Assembly (NCBI GenBank): GCA_965226055.1
Contig: CBDDCA010000003.1
Coordinates: 19,954-83,953 of the forward strand
Length of the DNA: 64,000 bases
Source: Spirochaetia bacterium
GTDB lineage: Bacteria; Spirochaetota; Spirochaetia; WTKD01; G963693115
Direction: 5' to 3'
Shown piece after piece: positions 46,001 through 56,109 of this stretch. Numbering within the stretch: the stretch's first letter is position 1; each line of letters begins with the position of its first letter. The position numbers and the translations under genes are program-made. The notes beneath the pieces were generated by a model, which was not told where the DNA came from, did no database searches, and saw only the letters and a list, made by a program, of their open reading frames with translations.

Positions 46001-47574
46001 ATCTTACAAGAACTGTTGATGGAGCTATCAATGGAAAGATTGGAAATCGTACTCTAGCATGGAATATGCTTGTGTCAGGCTCACTATTTGAAGATGATGT
46101 AAGAATGCGTTTTGATATCACTGATATTGATCTTGCGAGGTTGGTATCTGAAGCATCAATACAAGAAATGTTACCTTTAACCGTATCTCAAGGGAAACTA
46201 CAAGGAACATTTTTTATGAGAGGTACATTGAATGTACCACAATTCTATGCCTCAGTAGAAGGGGCTGCTATTGAGTTATATTATCCACAATCAGAAGATA
46301 CATATTCTATTGATACCTTCCCTATTAATATTAACAATAATCATATAAGCATTTCAAATGCTCTATTGACTACTACTGATGCAGCGGTACTTATCAGTGG
46401 AACTGGGTATCTTAATAATTATTCTTTTGGAAATCTGACACTTAATTTTTTCAGTCTTAAAAATTATCTCAGAATCTCTGAATTACCTCTTGCAAATGTA
46501 ATGCTTACGGGGTTTGCAAAAGGTTCAGCTTCGTTGCATTTAGAACCACAAACGATAAAAATAACAGGAGACATTTATCTTAAAAATACTTCTTTTTATA
46601 TTATTGATGAAAGAGAAGAAGTAGCAGAGAGCAATATCACACATACAGATATAGATATTAATGTTCATTCTGAAAACAATGTTGTCTATTACTGGCCGAG
46701 CCCTACATTTCCTTTACTTAAAAGTAGTTTAGAAAAAGATCAAACATTGAACATTCTGTATAATAGCTCGTTAGAGCTTATTGATCTACAAGGTACTATA
46801 ACCTTACAAAGTGGGTTGATATATTATTTTAACAAAGGGTTTAAGATTGTAAAAGGAAAGGTAGTGTTTAATAAAAAAATACAGGCTGTCCCTATTATTG
46901 AAGATTTTGAAGCAACATATCAAACAAGATTGAATAATCAAAGTTATGTTATACAATTAAGCACACAAAGAAGTGCCTTTGATGACCTTGATTTTACTAT
47001 AACAAGTACTCCATTACTATCTAATTTTGACCTCAATATTGTGCTAGGAACTTCTAATTTTGAAGATAATAATAGTGTAAATCAATCTTTTGATGATCCT
47101 TTTGATAATGTAAATAAAACCTTAGCTAGTTTTGGAGATCAATTAAGTAATATAGGTATATCTCAATTTGAACAAACACTTACAACAGCATTGGATATTG
47201 ATTATCTTTCGTTTAAGACGAAAATTTTTAAGAATTTAGTAGAGTACTCAAGTACTTCTGATATACAAAATAATAGTACCTTGTTAGCAAATACTACATT
47301 GGCATCTTTAGTAGATGGATCATCTATTGAAATTGGAAAATACATAGATTTAGCGTATGTGAGTTTTATTCTTGAAATAAAAGAACGACAAGCGTTGTCT
47401 TTATCCGATCCTCTGTATGGTAGTTTTGCTTTTTCCCCTCAATTCAATGTTGAAATTCCTACTCCTATTGTCAATGTCGGTTGGTCATTCAATTTTGCTT
47501 CTTTTATCAACAATAATACTGTAACTCAATATCCTCTCAATACCATTACATTATCCTGGCAAAAAAGGTACTGA
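43054..47574 (+). CDS. tamB: TamB-like translocation and assembly module protein
   Basis: 1506-aa ORF with an N-terminal membrane anchor and a beta-rich, N/S/T-rich sequence. It lies directly upstream of bamA-skp. The assignment rests mainly on size and synteny. Confidence 0.6.
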   Translation: MRLFHPHYHTLGKTHNKIIPLFMSLIILVGLVLCLIVFNITLFFVKNTVKNIENTFDITLQWDKILFTPDASVHIYDLSVITENYGSEPFSAEHIQIQLNVATIMKVIFSAFDDIPMHQRLDVDNKSLDFILIKSIQHIQVDDTKVNIAIQEDITTINNIIDSMFSGRFYPKNASLYINNSSLLYKFNNGKTELASDQIHVRLNEDTGITVDNYLIRAQLHFLANQYKTIISGNSYMYDVEKVLFKHTFQTSDIQLNRYLTLMPLGIVVDTFSQGISVGVHQKDTLLFNVSSSIENTLMQISSSISSVSLKDIVRFRVPSQFDTLLNTTLNGYFSGNFDTKANKADYVFILESEQNKSDMHVNINLEGNEQILDINSFLLTYRQQIIDWDGYLNVQTMVPYGTIKSYIDSPFVSIPLHMSIDFSFETVSNTSKAYIHDFKLHSIPQSNFTIAFNYTTDVLQVYEEGKTAPVIQSRVYTTPRQLVSSIRDDSYVLPTERNIYLEIHTLNLKVIDGWLFNNDTVQIFSNVTINGNVNITTLHSKLQKIDYTIDVYHETKDDISFKSEGTYTLNEGFQAKGELVLNTSLNVQFETTDDEKRVFSNNNFHILTQVQYTLPAFNDTVDIRAITNENEVNQLETESNKNIAFTTFQDTFVLHGTVAKESISVYLDNVFSTVINFDTTDISNIFISFDKFTLSGFKNTLDGDMSIVFHQNTVSYIESQITVSNDNFIVFQTDVLYENHTGTIQNLILASEDDIFRGTGIFIHDDNGKGFSFEVTEANHNAARINDDLRKVYGSFNSLSNTVRIHIHNLTTSLFTKRVDGVINATLDINLDLSYIFLSIENIDVTMVASNDRYIVNGKASMNNNELQLQHMQIQRNDVLYKLHSALFSKKTAEIEALISSVQESSNIPTVHTRISLSTQNSLMDLRSLLQKTTSLPIAEGKITITPFFETERKFSQDFTHTLFFKSSRYVSTFTEQQNKLYLTRTVDGAINGKIGNRTLAWNMLVSGSLFEDDVRMRFDITDIDLARLVSEASIQEMLPLTVSQGKLQGTFFMRGTLNVPQFYASVEGAAIELYYPQSEDTYSIDTFPININNNHISISNALLTTTDAAVLISGTGYLNNYSFGNLTLNFFSLKNYLRISELPLANVMLTGFAKGSASLHLEPQTIKITGDIYLKNTSFYIIDEREEVAESNITHTDIDINVHSENNVVYYWPSPTFPLLKSSLEKDQTLNILYNSSLELIDLQGTITLQSGLIYYFNKGFKIVKGKVVFNKKIQAVPIIEDFEATYQTRLNNQSYVIQLSTQRSAFDDLDFTITSTPLLSNFDLNIVLGTSNFEDNNSVNQSFDDPFDNVNKTLASFGDQLSNIGISQFEQTLTTALDIDYLSFKTKIFKNLVEYSSTSDIQNNSTLLANTTLASLVDGSSIEIGKYIDLAYVSFILEIKERQALSLSDPLYGSFAFSPQFNVEIPTPIVNVGWSFNFASFINNNTVTQYPLNTITLSWQKRY

Positions 47575-47646
47575 CATTAAATTATTTGTTTGATATAGTT
47601 AGAATAAGGTAGTAAATCTTTATAAAAGTACAAGGAAGGAGTTAGT

Positions 47647-50313
47647 TTGATTCTTAAAAAAAATGCTATAATAACCTCAATATCTATTGGTATATTTTTA
47701 TTATACATACTAAATAATGCATATGCTCAGGACACTGGTACTACAAACTCAGAAGATCCTAATTGGTTTTTGGATAAAAAAATTAGCTCATTTCAATATC
47801 AAGGGCTAAAAATAATTAGTCGTTCGGCAATGAACAATGTTTTGTCTGATTATATAGGAAAGAAATTTACATATGAAATATTACAGGAAATTCAAGGTAT
47901 TTTATATGAACTTGATTTATTTCAGGAATTAACCCCTGAAGCAAGAAGAGGACCTAATGATGAGCTGGTGTTGTTTTTTTCTTTTGTTGAATATCCGAGT
48001 GTTTCCAGAATTAAATTTGTTGGCAATAAAAAAATAGGAGTAAGCTCGTTATTAGGAACTATTAGATTACGAAGAAATGAAATAGCCAATGAAAGAAAAA
48101 TCAAAGAAGATGTTGAAGCTTTGAAGAAGTACTATTACGGACAAGGCTATCCTAAAACAGAAGTTGAGTATGAGCTTACCCCAGATATAACAGTTCCTGA
48201 TCAAGTTGTTGTCACTTTTTATATAGCAGAAAATGAAAGAATATCTATTACATCAATAAAATTTATTGGAAATAAACTATTTTCTCAACAGAAACTTGAA
48301 GGTATTATTAGCTCAAAAAAGAAATCTATTTTTTCTAGAGGCACATACTCAGAAAGGCAAACAACAAATGATAGACGACTTATAGAAGAAGAATATGGAA
48401 AAAATGGATTTATTGATGCAAAGGTACTTGAGGTATTGATAGAGGAATATCCTGATCCAAAAGCCTCTGAAAACACGAGTGTAGAACTTCAATTTATCAT
48501 TCAAGAAGGGAAACGGTTTATGTTAGGCTCTATTGATTTTTCTGGCAATACAATCTATACTTCTGATGAATTACGCAAGCTATTTTCTGTGAAAGAAGGG
48601 GATGTTCTTGATACATCAAAAATACAAAGAGGCTATGACAGAGTACGATTGAAGTATTCTGATGAAGGATTTATGTTCAATCAGTACAGTATTCAAGAAA
48701 ATAGAGATGATGTAGAAAGTAAAATGAACTATGTATTGCAAATTTTCGAGGCAGGACAAAGCCACGTAGAAAATATTATTATTCGAGGCAACATTGATAC
48801 AAAAGATTTTGTTATTGAACGTGAACTAGGGTTTGAAGAAGGCGATCTTTTTACTGCACGTTTTGTCAATAATGCTCGTAATAATTTATTTAATACTCGT
48901 TATTTTCGTACTATTATTCCTGAAACAAAACCTGGTTCGGCTCCTGGCCTTATAGACTTAATTCTCAATTTAGAAGAAGATCGTACGCGTGATATCCGTC
49001 TCGGTATGACTTTTGGGGGAGCTTCTCAGTTTCCTATCAGTCTTTACTTTAGCTGGAATCAGAATAACCTGTTCGGAAGAGGGCTTATTTGGAATAACAG
49101 TATAACAGCCTCTTTTTACGAGCAATCTATTAGAAGCTCTTTTATTGAACCACGTTTTCTTAATACAAATTTTTTATTAAGTGCATCGTTGAGTTTTAGC
49201 CATGAGCTTGTTGATAAAGTACCGCAGGATATTCTTTCTCCGTACCTCAATGCAAGTGCAAGCACTGTTAATTACGATCCTTATACTGGAAAATATGTAT
49301 TTCCTGTTGATAAAACATACAAAGGAACGCAATACAAAGCAGGTGATCCTTTTAAGGGTACTCCTACTGATGATGAAGTAGAAGAATTAGGATTAATCAC
49401 TGATAGAAAGTATTTTTCTTCTTTTCTTAATTCAGTCAATAATAATTCTTTTATGAATTATGATATTTACCAAATTGGGGCTAGTGTTGGGTCAGGGTAT
49501 ACCTATAATACTCCTATTGGGGATGTAGGAGCAAGAGTAAGTGCAGGTCCTACTTTTTCGTATGTATATTATGATAAGTTTGCGTATAGAGCAGCAAATG
49601 TTCAAACAAGAAAGAATTTAGAAACATGGAAAGTATATAATAGCATAGGTATCAGCTTGTTCTTTGATAATCGAGATATATTTTTTATGCCAAGTAACGG
49701 ATTTAGAGTGCAGCAGGATGTTATCTTTGTAGGAGGTCTTCTGTTTGGAGATTCACATTACATAAAAACAAGTACTTCAGCAGAAGCTCATTTCACACTA
49801 TTTGATTGGCAAGTAGCAGAAAATTGGTCATGGAAGATGGTATTTGCTACTCAAACTACTTTTTCTACTATTTTGCCTCAATGGTATTATCCTCCAGGAA
49901 CCTCATACGAAACAGATGGGCCTACTTTCAATCAAAAACTAAGGCTTAATGGAATATCAAATGCAAGAGGATGGTATAGAATATATAATGGTGAAGCATT
50001 ATGGAATACTTGGTTTGAGCTTCGTATGCCACTCTATGAGACAGTTATTTGGTGGGACCAAATATTTGAAGTTGCATCATTATGGACAAAATTGAATGAC
50101 ATTTATAATCAGGAAGATACTAATTATTACTTTACTCTTGGTTCAGGGTTTCGGTTTGTGTTGCGCCAATTTCCTTTAAGGATATATATTGCAAAACGTT
50201 TTTTAATTCAAAATAATGAATTAAAATGGCAAAGAGGAAATCTTTCCTCTTCAAATAGTTCCTCTGATACAGGAGGATTAGATCTTATTTTTGCTATATC
50301 AATTTTTGATTAA
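47647..50313 (+). CDS. bamA: Outer membrane protein assembly factor BamA
   Basis: 888 aa with a TTG start and a signal peptide. Repeated POTRA-like segments are present (IKFVGNKKI, IKFIGNKLFS, IDFSGNTIYTSDEL, IIIRGNIDTKD), followed by a C-terminal beta-barrel region. Confidence 0.8.
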   Translation: MILKKNAIITSISIGIFLLYILNNAYAQDTGTTNSEDPNWFLDKKISSFQYQGLKIISRSAMNNVLSDYIGKKFTYEILQEIQGILYELDLFQELTPEARRGPNDELVLFFSFVEYPSVSRIKFVGNKKIGVSSLLGTIRLRRNEIANERKIKEDVEALKKYYYGQGYPKTEVEYELTPDITVPDQVVVTFYIAENERISITSIKFIGNKLFSQQKLEGIISSKKKSIFSRGTYSERQTTNDRRLIEEEYGKNGFIDAKVLEVLIEEYPDPKASENTSVELQFIIQEGKRFMLGSIDFSGNTIYTSDELRKLFSVKEGDVLDTSKIQRGYDRVRLKYSDEGFMFNQYSIQENRDDVESKMNYVLQIFEAGQSHVENIIIRGNIDTKDFVIERELGFEEGDLFTARFVNNARNNLFNTRYFRTIIPETKPGSAPGLIDLILNLEEDRTRDIRLGMTFGGASQFPISLYFSWNQNNLFGRGLIWNNSITASFYEQSIRSSFIEPRFLNTNFLLSASLSFSHELVDKVPQDILSPYLNASASTVNYDPYTGKYVFPVDKTYKGTQYKAGDPFKGTPTDDEVEELGLITDRKYFSSFLNSVNNNSFMNYDIYQIGASVGSGYTYNTPIGDVGARVSAGPTFSYVYYDKFAYRAANVQTRKNLETWKVYNSIGISLFFDNRDIFFMPSNGFRVQQDVIFVGGLLFGDSHYIKTSTSAEAHFTLFDWQVAENWSWKMVFATQTTFSTILPQWYYPPGTSYETDGPTFNQKLRLNGISNARGWYRIYNGEALWNTWFELRMPLYETVIWWDQIFEVASLWTKLNDIYNQEDTNYYFTLGSGFRFVLRQFPLRIYIAKRFLIQNNELKWQRGNLSSSNSSSDTGGLDLIFAISIFD

Positions 50314-50354
50314 ATTGATTGTAAATAGATAATAAATTACAGTATAATCTAACC

Positions 50355-50894
50355 ATGATGAAATATAATATATTATTTGGCATTCTTTTTTGTCTTATAT
50401 CTGTGTACTCACTCTCATCTCAAGAGCAAACAAATAATACTTCAATATCCATTACAACGGTAGCTGTTATTGATATAAAAGTAATCTATGCTGCGTTTCC
50501 TAGTGAAGCCAGAGGATATAATAGCCTTATTGTCTTAAAAGAACAATATCAACAGGAGATTGACGATCAAATCGAAAGATTAAATATCATTAAACAAAGA
50601 AGAAAAAATGCTTTAGAGAATGGACTGTATGATGAAGCAGCAGACTATGAAACTCAAATTACTAATCTGAGTAATTATATAAATGTACTCAGTGATAGAA
50701 GACAAGATGAGCTTATTAGATTAAGTAAATTACCTATATCTAAAAATTTTCTGGACAGATTACAGAAAGCTATTGAGTTTGTTGCACAAGAAAATGGTTT
50801 TACTGTTGTCTTAAATACTGGAACAGAAGGGCTTCAATGGTGGGCTCCTGTTGTAGATATATCAGAAAAAGTGATAGAAAAACTAAAATCATAA
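50355..50894 (+). CDS. skp: OmpH/Skp family periplasmic chaperone
   Basis: 179 aa with a signal peptide and a charged coiled-coil core. It lies immediately after bamA. Confidence 0.7.
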   Translation: MMKYNILFGILFCLISVYSLSSQEQTNNTSISITTVAVIDIKVIYAAFPSEARGYNSLIVLKEQYQQEIDDQIERLNIIKQRRKNALENGLYDEAADYETQITNLSNYINVLSDRRQDELIRLSKLPISKNFLDRLQKAIEFVAQENGFTVVLNTGTEGLQWWAPVVDISEKVIEKLKS

Positions 50895-50934
50895 GAAACT
50901 ATGTATTTGTGCAATAGAAAGGATAATTATAATA

Positions 50935-53592
50935 ATGTCTGTAAATTATAATCCAATGCATTCAAGCGATAAAAAATCTCATAAAAAATTGACTCCTATG
51001 TTACAGCAATATCATAAAGAAAAAATTCGATATAAAGATCATCTTTTATTTTTTCGAGTAGGAGATTTTTTTGAATTATTTTTTGATGATGCAATTAGAG
51101 GATCAAAATTACTTGATATTACCCTTACTAAAAGAAATAATGTAGTTATGTGTGGGGTTCCTGCACATGCTATTGATGCATACGTAAAACGCTTACTCAA
51201 ACAAGGAGAAAAGGTAGCACTATGTGATCAAACAAGTCCTGCTCAAAAAGGAAATCTTGTCAAAAGAGAAGTAGTAGAAAAAATTACTCCAGGGACCATC
51301 AGTAATAGTGAATATTTAGAAAAAGCAGAGCATAATTATCTTTTAGCTATATATCTTGTATCAAACACATATCTTTGTGCTTGGATTGATGTATCTACTG
51401 GAGATTTTACTGTAAAGCATATGAGCCAAAGTTATGAGCAACTGTACTCTTTAGTAGTACAAATTCAACCAAAAGAAATACTTGTTGCTGAATCTCAATT
51501 ACAGGATAAAAGTATACTACGATTACAACAGGAACAAAACTCATTGTGCATTACTTCTGTACAAGATTGGTTTTTTTCTGAAGATGAAGGAGAACGCTAT
51601 CTACGTGATGCATTAAAACTAGCAACACTGAAATCATTATCTTTTGAAGGAGAAAATAAGAAGCTATTATTAGTAATTTCTGCTATTATGCAGTATATCC
51701 ATGTAAACAACAGCTATGTTATGAAAAGAATTCATAGTATCATTATCCATAATGATCAAGAATATATGCAACTGGATTCTGATGCTATCTATAACCTTGA
51801 ACTCTTTTATTCAATGAGAGAACGAAAAACAGAGCATTCCCTCTTACATATTTTAGATTCTACTATCACTAAAATAGGGCATCGTTGTTTAGTGCAATGG
51901 CTTGCTCATCCATTACTTGATGAAACATATATCAATCATCGTCATAACACTATTGCTTTTTTTCTTGAACACTCATCATTGCTTGCACAAATACAACAGA
52001 AATTATCCCAAATACATGATATCCCTCGCTTACTTACCCGTATAGCTACTTACAAAGCACATGCAAGAAATGTAGCTTCATTATTACACAGTACTAAACA
52101 TGCTTTAGAAATAGTACAATTATTAAAAGAATATGATTATAAATGGATTATTGAACATGATATACATAAGGCCATTGATGAGGAAAAAATAGCACAGTTT
52201 ATATCATATGTGGATAATTTTCTCAGTGATGATCCTCCGGTACATTTTGGTACAGAATATATTATTCGTAAAGGTATTGATGCTACTTTAGATGATTTAC
52301 GTCATACCTATGAAAACGCAACAGATATCTTGAATGAATATGTTATGAGAGAAAACAGAACTACCTTACAGAATTTACGTTTGAAATTTAATAAGGTAGT
52401 AGGGTACTTTTTTGAAATTTCACCGAGCTTAAGAGGAAAGCTCCCAGATTATTTCATACTTCGGCAAACACTTACAAATGCAGATAGATATAAAACTATT
52501 GAATTATCAGAGCTTGAATCAAGGATATTACAGGCAGAACAGCAGCGACTTGAGAGAGAACAACTACTCTTTCGAAAAATGCTTGATGCTATTACGAGAA
52601 TCATTCCTGATATTCAAAAGCTAGTTGCATATATTGCTGAAATTGATGTGTTATGTAATTTTGCATCTAATGCTCGTAATTATCATTATACACGCCCAAA
52701 AATGTGTAAAGACAATACATTATACATTAAGCAAGGAAGACATCCTGTTATTGAGTATTATGCACATACTACTCAGTTTATCCCTAATAATCTTAAATTA
52801 GATGAGCAAGCACATACATTTGCTATATTGACTGCCCCTAATATGGCAGGAAAATCTACTTTTTTACGACAAAATGCACTTATTGTTCTTATGGCACAGA
52901 TAGGATCATATGTTCCTGCAGAATATGCTGAAATTGGTATCAGAGATAAAATCTTTTGTAGGGTAGGAGCGTCAGATAATCTTATTAAAGGAGATTCAAC
53001 ATTTTTATTAGAAATGAGTGAGACAGCCTATATCATTAAAAATGCTACATCAAAAAGCTTAGTGATAATGGATGAAATAGGCAGAGGGACAAGCATCAAT
53101 GATGGAAAAGCACTTGCACAAGCAATAGCTGAATATTTTATCGATAAAAAAATTTTTACCATATTTGCTACACATTATCACTCTTTAACACAATTAAAGC
53201 ATACTAACATACAATATCTCACATTGAGCATTAGTATTCATAGTGAACAAATAATCTTTACAAGGAAACTGAAAGAAGGTATAGCAAAAAGCTCCTATGG
53301 GATAGAAGTTGCTCAGCTTGCTGGAGTTGATACAAATATTATACAAAGAGCAAAAAAGTTGCTTATGAACAAACAGGATACAAATGAAAATAATACTCAA
53401 AGAGAAACAGTACAAGAATCGCAATTATTTCAAACATCTCAACAAAATAATCAAATGGAATCGTATCTGAAACAGCTGGATGCATTAAAAGAGATAAACT
53501 TGCATGATATCACTCCCTTAGAAGCTATGACTCATTTACAAACTGTTCTTTCGGTGCTAAACAATACTTCTGAACATACTGTGCAAAATTAA
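50935..53592 (+). CDS. mutS: DNA mismatch repair protein MutS
   Basis: 885 aa. TPMLQQYHKEK...FFRVGDFFELFFDDA, Walker A TAPNMAGKSTFLRQ and MDEIGRGTS are present. Confidence 0.92.
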   Translation: MSVNYNPMHSSDKKSHKKLTPMLQQYHKEKIRYKDHLLFFRVGDFFELFFDDAIRGSKLLDITLTKRNNVVMCGVPAHAIDAYVKRLLKQGEKVALCDQTSPAQKGNLVKREVVEKITPGTISNSEYLEKAEHNYLLAIYLVSNTYLCAWIDVSTGDFTVKHMSQSYEQLYSLVVQIQPKEILVAESQLQDKSILRLQQEQNSLCITSVQDWFFSEDEGERYLRDALKLATLKSLSFEGENKKLLLVISAIMQYIHVNNSYVMKRIHSIIIHNDQEYMQLDSDAIYNLELFYSMRERKTEHSLLHILDSTITKIGHRCLVQWLAHPLLDETYINHRHNTIAFFLEHSSLLAQIQQKLSQIHDIPRLLTRIATYKAHARNVASLLHSTKHALEIVQLLKEYDYKWIIEHDIHKAIDEEKIAQFISYVDNFLSDDPPVHFGTEYIIRKGIDATLDDLRHTYENATDILNEYVMRENRTTLQNLRLKFNKVVGYFFEISPSLRGKLPDYFILRQTLTNADRYKTIELSELESRILQAEQQRLEREQLLFRKMLDAITRIIPDIQKLVAYIAEIDVLCNFASNARNYHYTRPKMCKDNTLYIKQGRHPVIEYYAHTTQFIPNNLKLDEQAHTFAILTAPNMAGKSTFLRQNALIVLMAQIGSYVPAEYAEIGIRDKIFCRVGASDNLIKGDSTFLLEMSETAYIIKNATSKSLVIMDEIGRGTSINDGKALAQAIAEYFIDKKIFTIFATHYHSLTQLKHTNIQYLTLSISIHSEQIIFTRKLKEGIAKSSYGIEVAQLAGVDTNIIQRAKKLLMNKQDTNENNTQRETVQESQLFQTSQQNNQMESYLKQLDALKEINLHDITPLEAMTHLQTVLSVLNNTSEHTVQN

Positions 53593-54698
53593 AATAATTG
53601 ATATGATAGTTGAGATAAATAGCGATCTATATCAAACTTATCAAAGAAAGGAGAAAAGCTTTTCCCTTCGTGCAATCTCATAACAATTTGAGCAGACATT
53701 CTTTGTGAAGGTACCACTTTAATAAAAGGGTACTCCTTTTCAAGATTAGCTCGTGGAATAGTATCAAGCGTTACTATGTCTTCAAATAAACCTTCTTCAT
53801 ATAATGTTTGAAATCTTTCTAATGCAGGATGTGAAAACACTGGATGTATTACCGCAACATGCACTGATTTTACTTTCTTTTTTGCAAGTGATCGTAAAAT
53901 TGCCTCAACAGATCCTCCTGTATCTATCATGTCATCGACTATCCATATTTCTTTTTCACCAAGATCAGTAGAACTTAAAATATTGACTGATTCAATAGTA
54001 TTTACACGCGTATAATCTCTTTGTTTGTAGCTATTTATAAAATCGGTATGAAACGCAAGAGCAAAATCACGTGCCATAGATTCTCCACTTGAATCTACTG
54101 AACAAAAAAGCCAGTTATTCTTTACTTCTTCGTCTAACTTTTGTTTTGTTTTTACATAATTGCTTGCTATAAACTCCATAAGTTGTAATGTGGCAGGTAT
54201 ATCCTCTATTGAGCAAGTAGTAGGATCTACAATCGATTTACTTTTATTTGAATGTAATTGATACGTGAGAATATAGTTTACTCCTAAATTGGCAAGAATC
54301 TTAAAATGAACCCATAAAGCAACACTGCTTCTTCCCATAGCTCTATCAGAGCGTGCAGGGGAACAATACGGCTCAAACAAAATAACACGCCCAGGATCAC
54401 ATCTACGAATAGCATCTACTGTATTGTAGAGTTGAATTTTAGCTTTTGCTGGATCATGATCAATCATGCTCCTCCCAGAATTGGCAAATAAGAATATATC
54501 TTTTCCTCGAATAGTTAAGTCAAGGACAGCCTCTATTTCTCCGTCAGCAAATGTTGTAATGCCAACACTATGCGGTTTATGATTAGAATATCCTCTTGCA
54601 TAAAACTCTGGAAAAAGACATAATTCTTCAAATACTGCATTAGCGTAGTTTTCCATAGATTTTGTAGATAAAATTTGAAGTGAATTCATGCTAAACAT
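53589..54698 (-). CDS. prs: Ribose-phosphate pyrophosphokinase (PRPP synthetase) family
   Basis: The PRPP-binding loop IWIVDDMIDTGGS and FADGEIEAVLDLTIRGKDIF are present. The start was trimmed to MFSMNS/MNSLQ (54698 or 54689) so that it does not overlap divergent recA. Confidence 0.75.
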   Translation of the reverse strand: MFSMNSLQILSTKSMENYANAVFEELCLFPEFYARGYSNHKPHSVGITTFADGEIEAVLDLTIRGKDIFLFANSGRSMIDHDPAKAKIQLYNTVDAIRRCDPGRVILFEPYCSPARSDRAMGRSSVALWVHFKILANLGVNYILTYQLHSNKSKSIVDPTTCSIEDIPATLQLMEFIASNYVKTKQKLDEEVKNNWLFCSVDSSGESMARDFALAFHTDFINSYKQRDYTRVNTIESVNILSSTDLGEKEIWIVDDMIDTGGSVEAILRSLAKKKVKSVHVAVIHPVFSHPALERFQTLYEEGLFEDIVTLDTIPRANLEKEYPFIKVVPSQRMSAQIVMRLHEGKSFSPFFDKFDIDRYLSQLSYQLF

Positions 54699-54744
54699 AG
54701 TATAATATGTATAAGAAAAAAAATAAATAACTAAGGAAGGGTTT

Positions 54745-56070
54745 ATGGACAAAAAATTGAAATTGAATGCAAATACGAAAATAGAGGATAGCAATGAACG
54801 CAAAAAAGCGTTTGAGGCAGCTCGTCAGATGATAGAAAAGCAATTTGGGAAAGGAGCTATTATTCAACTTGGTGATTCTAGTGTTTCTCAAGATATTCAA
54901 TGTATTCCTTCGGGTTCACTTATCCTCGATAGAGTGTTAGGGGTAGGGGGATACCCTCGAGGCAGAATTATTGAGATATACGGACCTGAATCGTCAGGAA
55001 AGACTACATTAGCTTTGCATGCTATTGCAGAAGCACAAAAAGGAGGGGGAACTGCAGCATTTATTGATGCAGAGCATGCGTTAGATCCAAATTATGCAAA
55101 AAATCTCGGTGTTGATATTGATTCACTATGGGTGTCTCAGCCCGATAATGGAGAACAAGCCTTAGAGATAGCCGAACAACTGGTACGTTCTGGTGCTACT
55201 GATATCATTGTTATTGATTCTGTTGCTGCACTTACGCCAAAGGCAGAAATAGCAGGACTTATGGGAGATTCCATAGTAGGCGCACAAGCACGCCTTATGA
55301 GTCAGGCTTTACGAAAACTTACTGGTATTATAAACAAAAGCTCTTGTTGTTTAATTTTTATCAATCAAATACGTATGAAAATTGGGGTTATGTTTGGAAG
55401 TCCTGAAACTACAAGCGGAGGAAATGCTCTTAAGTTTTATGCCTCTATGCGTCTTGACATACGTAGAATTGATAAAATATCCGAAGGAGCAGAAAATTAT
55501 ATAGGAAACAAAGTAAAAGTAAAGGTAGCGAAAAATAAAGTGGCTCCTCCTTTTAAGGTAGCTACCTTTGCCATTTATTATGGAAAAGGCATGTCTCGTG
55601 AAGAAAATATATTAGAGCTTGCCATTGAAATGGACTTTGCTAAAAAAACAGGAAGCTGGTACTCTTTAGGAGAGGAAAAGATGGGGCAAGGAAAAGAAAA
55701 CGCTATTCAGTACTTAAAAGATCATGAAGATATTGCACAAAATTTAGAAAATAAAATAAAAGAACAATTATTTCCTGCAAAAACAAAAGATACCAGCAGT
55801 GCTGATACAGCAGCCAACGAAGATACCAGTAAAGATGAGCAAGAACAAACACCTACAAAAGCAAAAGATGCCAACAATGTTGATACAGCAGACAATGAGG
55901 ATACCCAAAAAGATACCAGTAAAGATGAGCAAGAACAAACACCTACAAAAGCAACGGATGTCAGTAATGTTGATACAGCAGACAATGAGGATGCCAAAAA
56001 AGATATCAGTAAAGATGCACAAGAACAAACAAACGAAGTAACTGTTGATAATACAGCTGAATCGCAGTAA
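54745..56070 (+). CDS. recA: Recombinase RecA with repeat-extended acidic C-terminal tail
   Basis: 441 aa. Walker A is GPESSGKTT and Walker B is [10 protein letters not shown]; [30 protein letters not shown] is present. The tail has about 2.7 copies of a 30-aa unit. Confidence 0.92.
   Translation: MDKKLKLNANTKIEDSNERKKAFEAARQMIEKQFGKGAIIQLGDSSVSQDIQCIPSGSLILDRVLGVGGYPRGRIIEIYGPESSGKTTLALHAIAEAQKGGGTAAFIDAEHALDPNYAKNLGVDIDSLWVSQPDNGEQALEIAEQLVRSGATDIIVIDSVAALTPKAEIAGLMGDSIVGAQARLMSQALRKLTGIINKSSCCLIFINQIRMKIGVMFGSPETTSGGNALKFYASMRLDIRRIDKISEGAENYIGNKVKVKVAKNKVAPPFKVATFAIYYGKGMSREENILELAIEMDFAKKTGSWYSLGEEKMGQGKENAIQYLKDHEDIAQNLENKIKEQLFPAKTKDTSSADTAANEDTSKDEQEQTPTKAKDANNVDTADNEDTQKDTSKDEQEQTPTKATDVSNVDTADNEDAKKDISKDAQEQTNEVTVDNTAESQ
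55798..56040 (+). repeat. 90-bp tandem coding repeat (~2.7 units) in the recA 3' region
   Basis: Units start at 55822, 55912 and 56002 (GATACCAGTAAAGATGAGCAAGAACAAACACCTACAAAAGCAA...). Confidence 0.85.
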
Positions 56071-56109
56071 GATACTGAAATGACATCATAGGAAGAAATA
56101 ATAAGTAAT

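Noticed and set aside
53589-53592. Convergent 4-nt overlap of the mutS and prs stop codons (TTAA)
   Set aside because: This is compact genome organisation, common in bacteria, and no functional implication can be supported.
55722-56041. Three overlapping ORFs (both strands) in the recA 3' repeat region
   Set aside because: They are artefacts of the 90-nt tandem repeat keeping alternative frames open. The recA frame is continuous from the conserved core.
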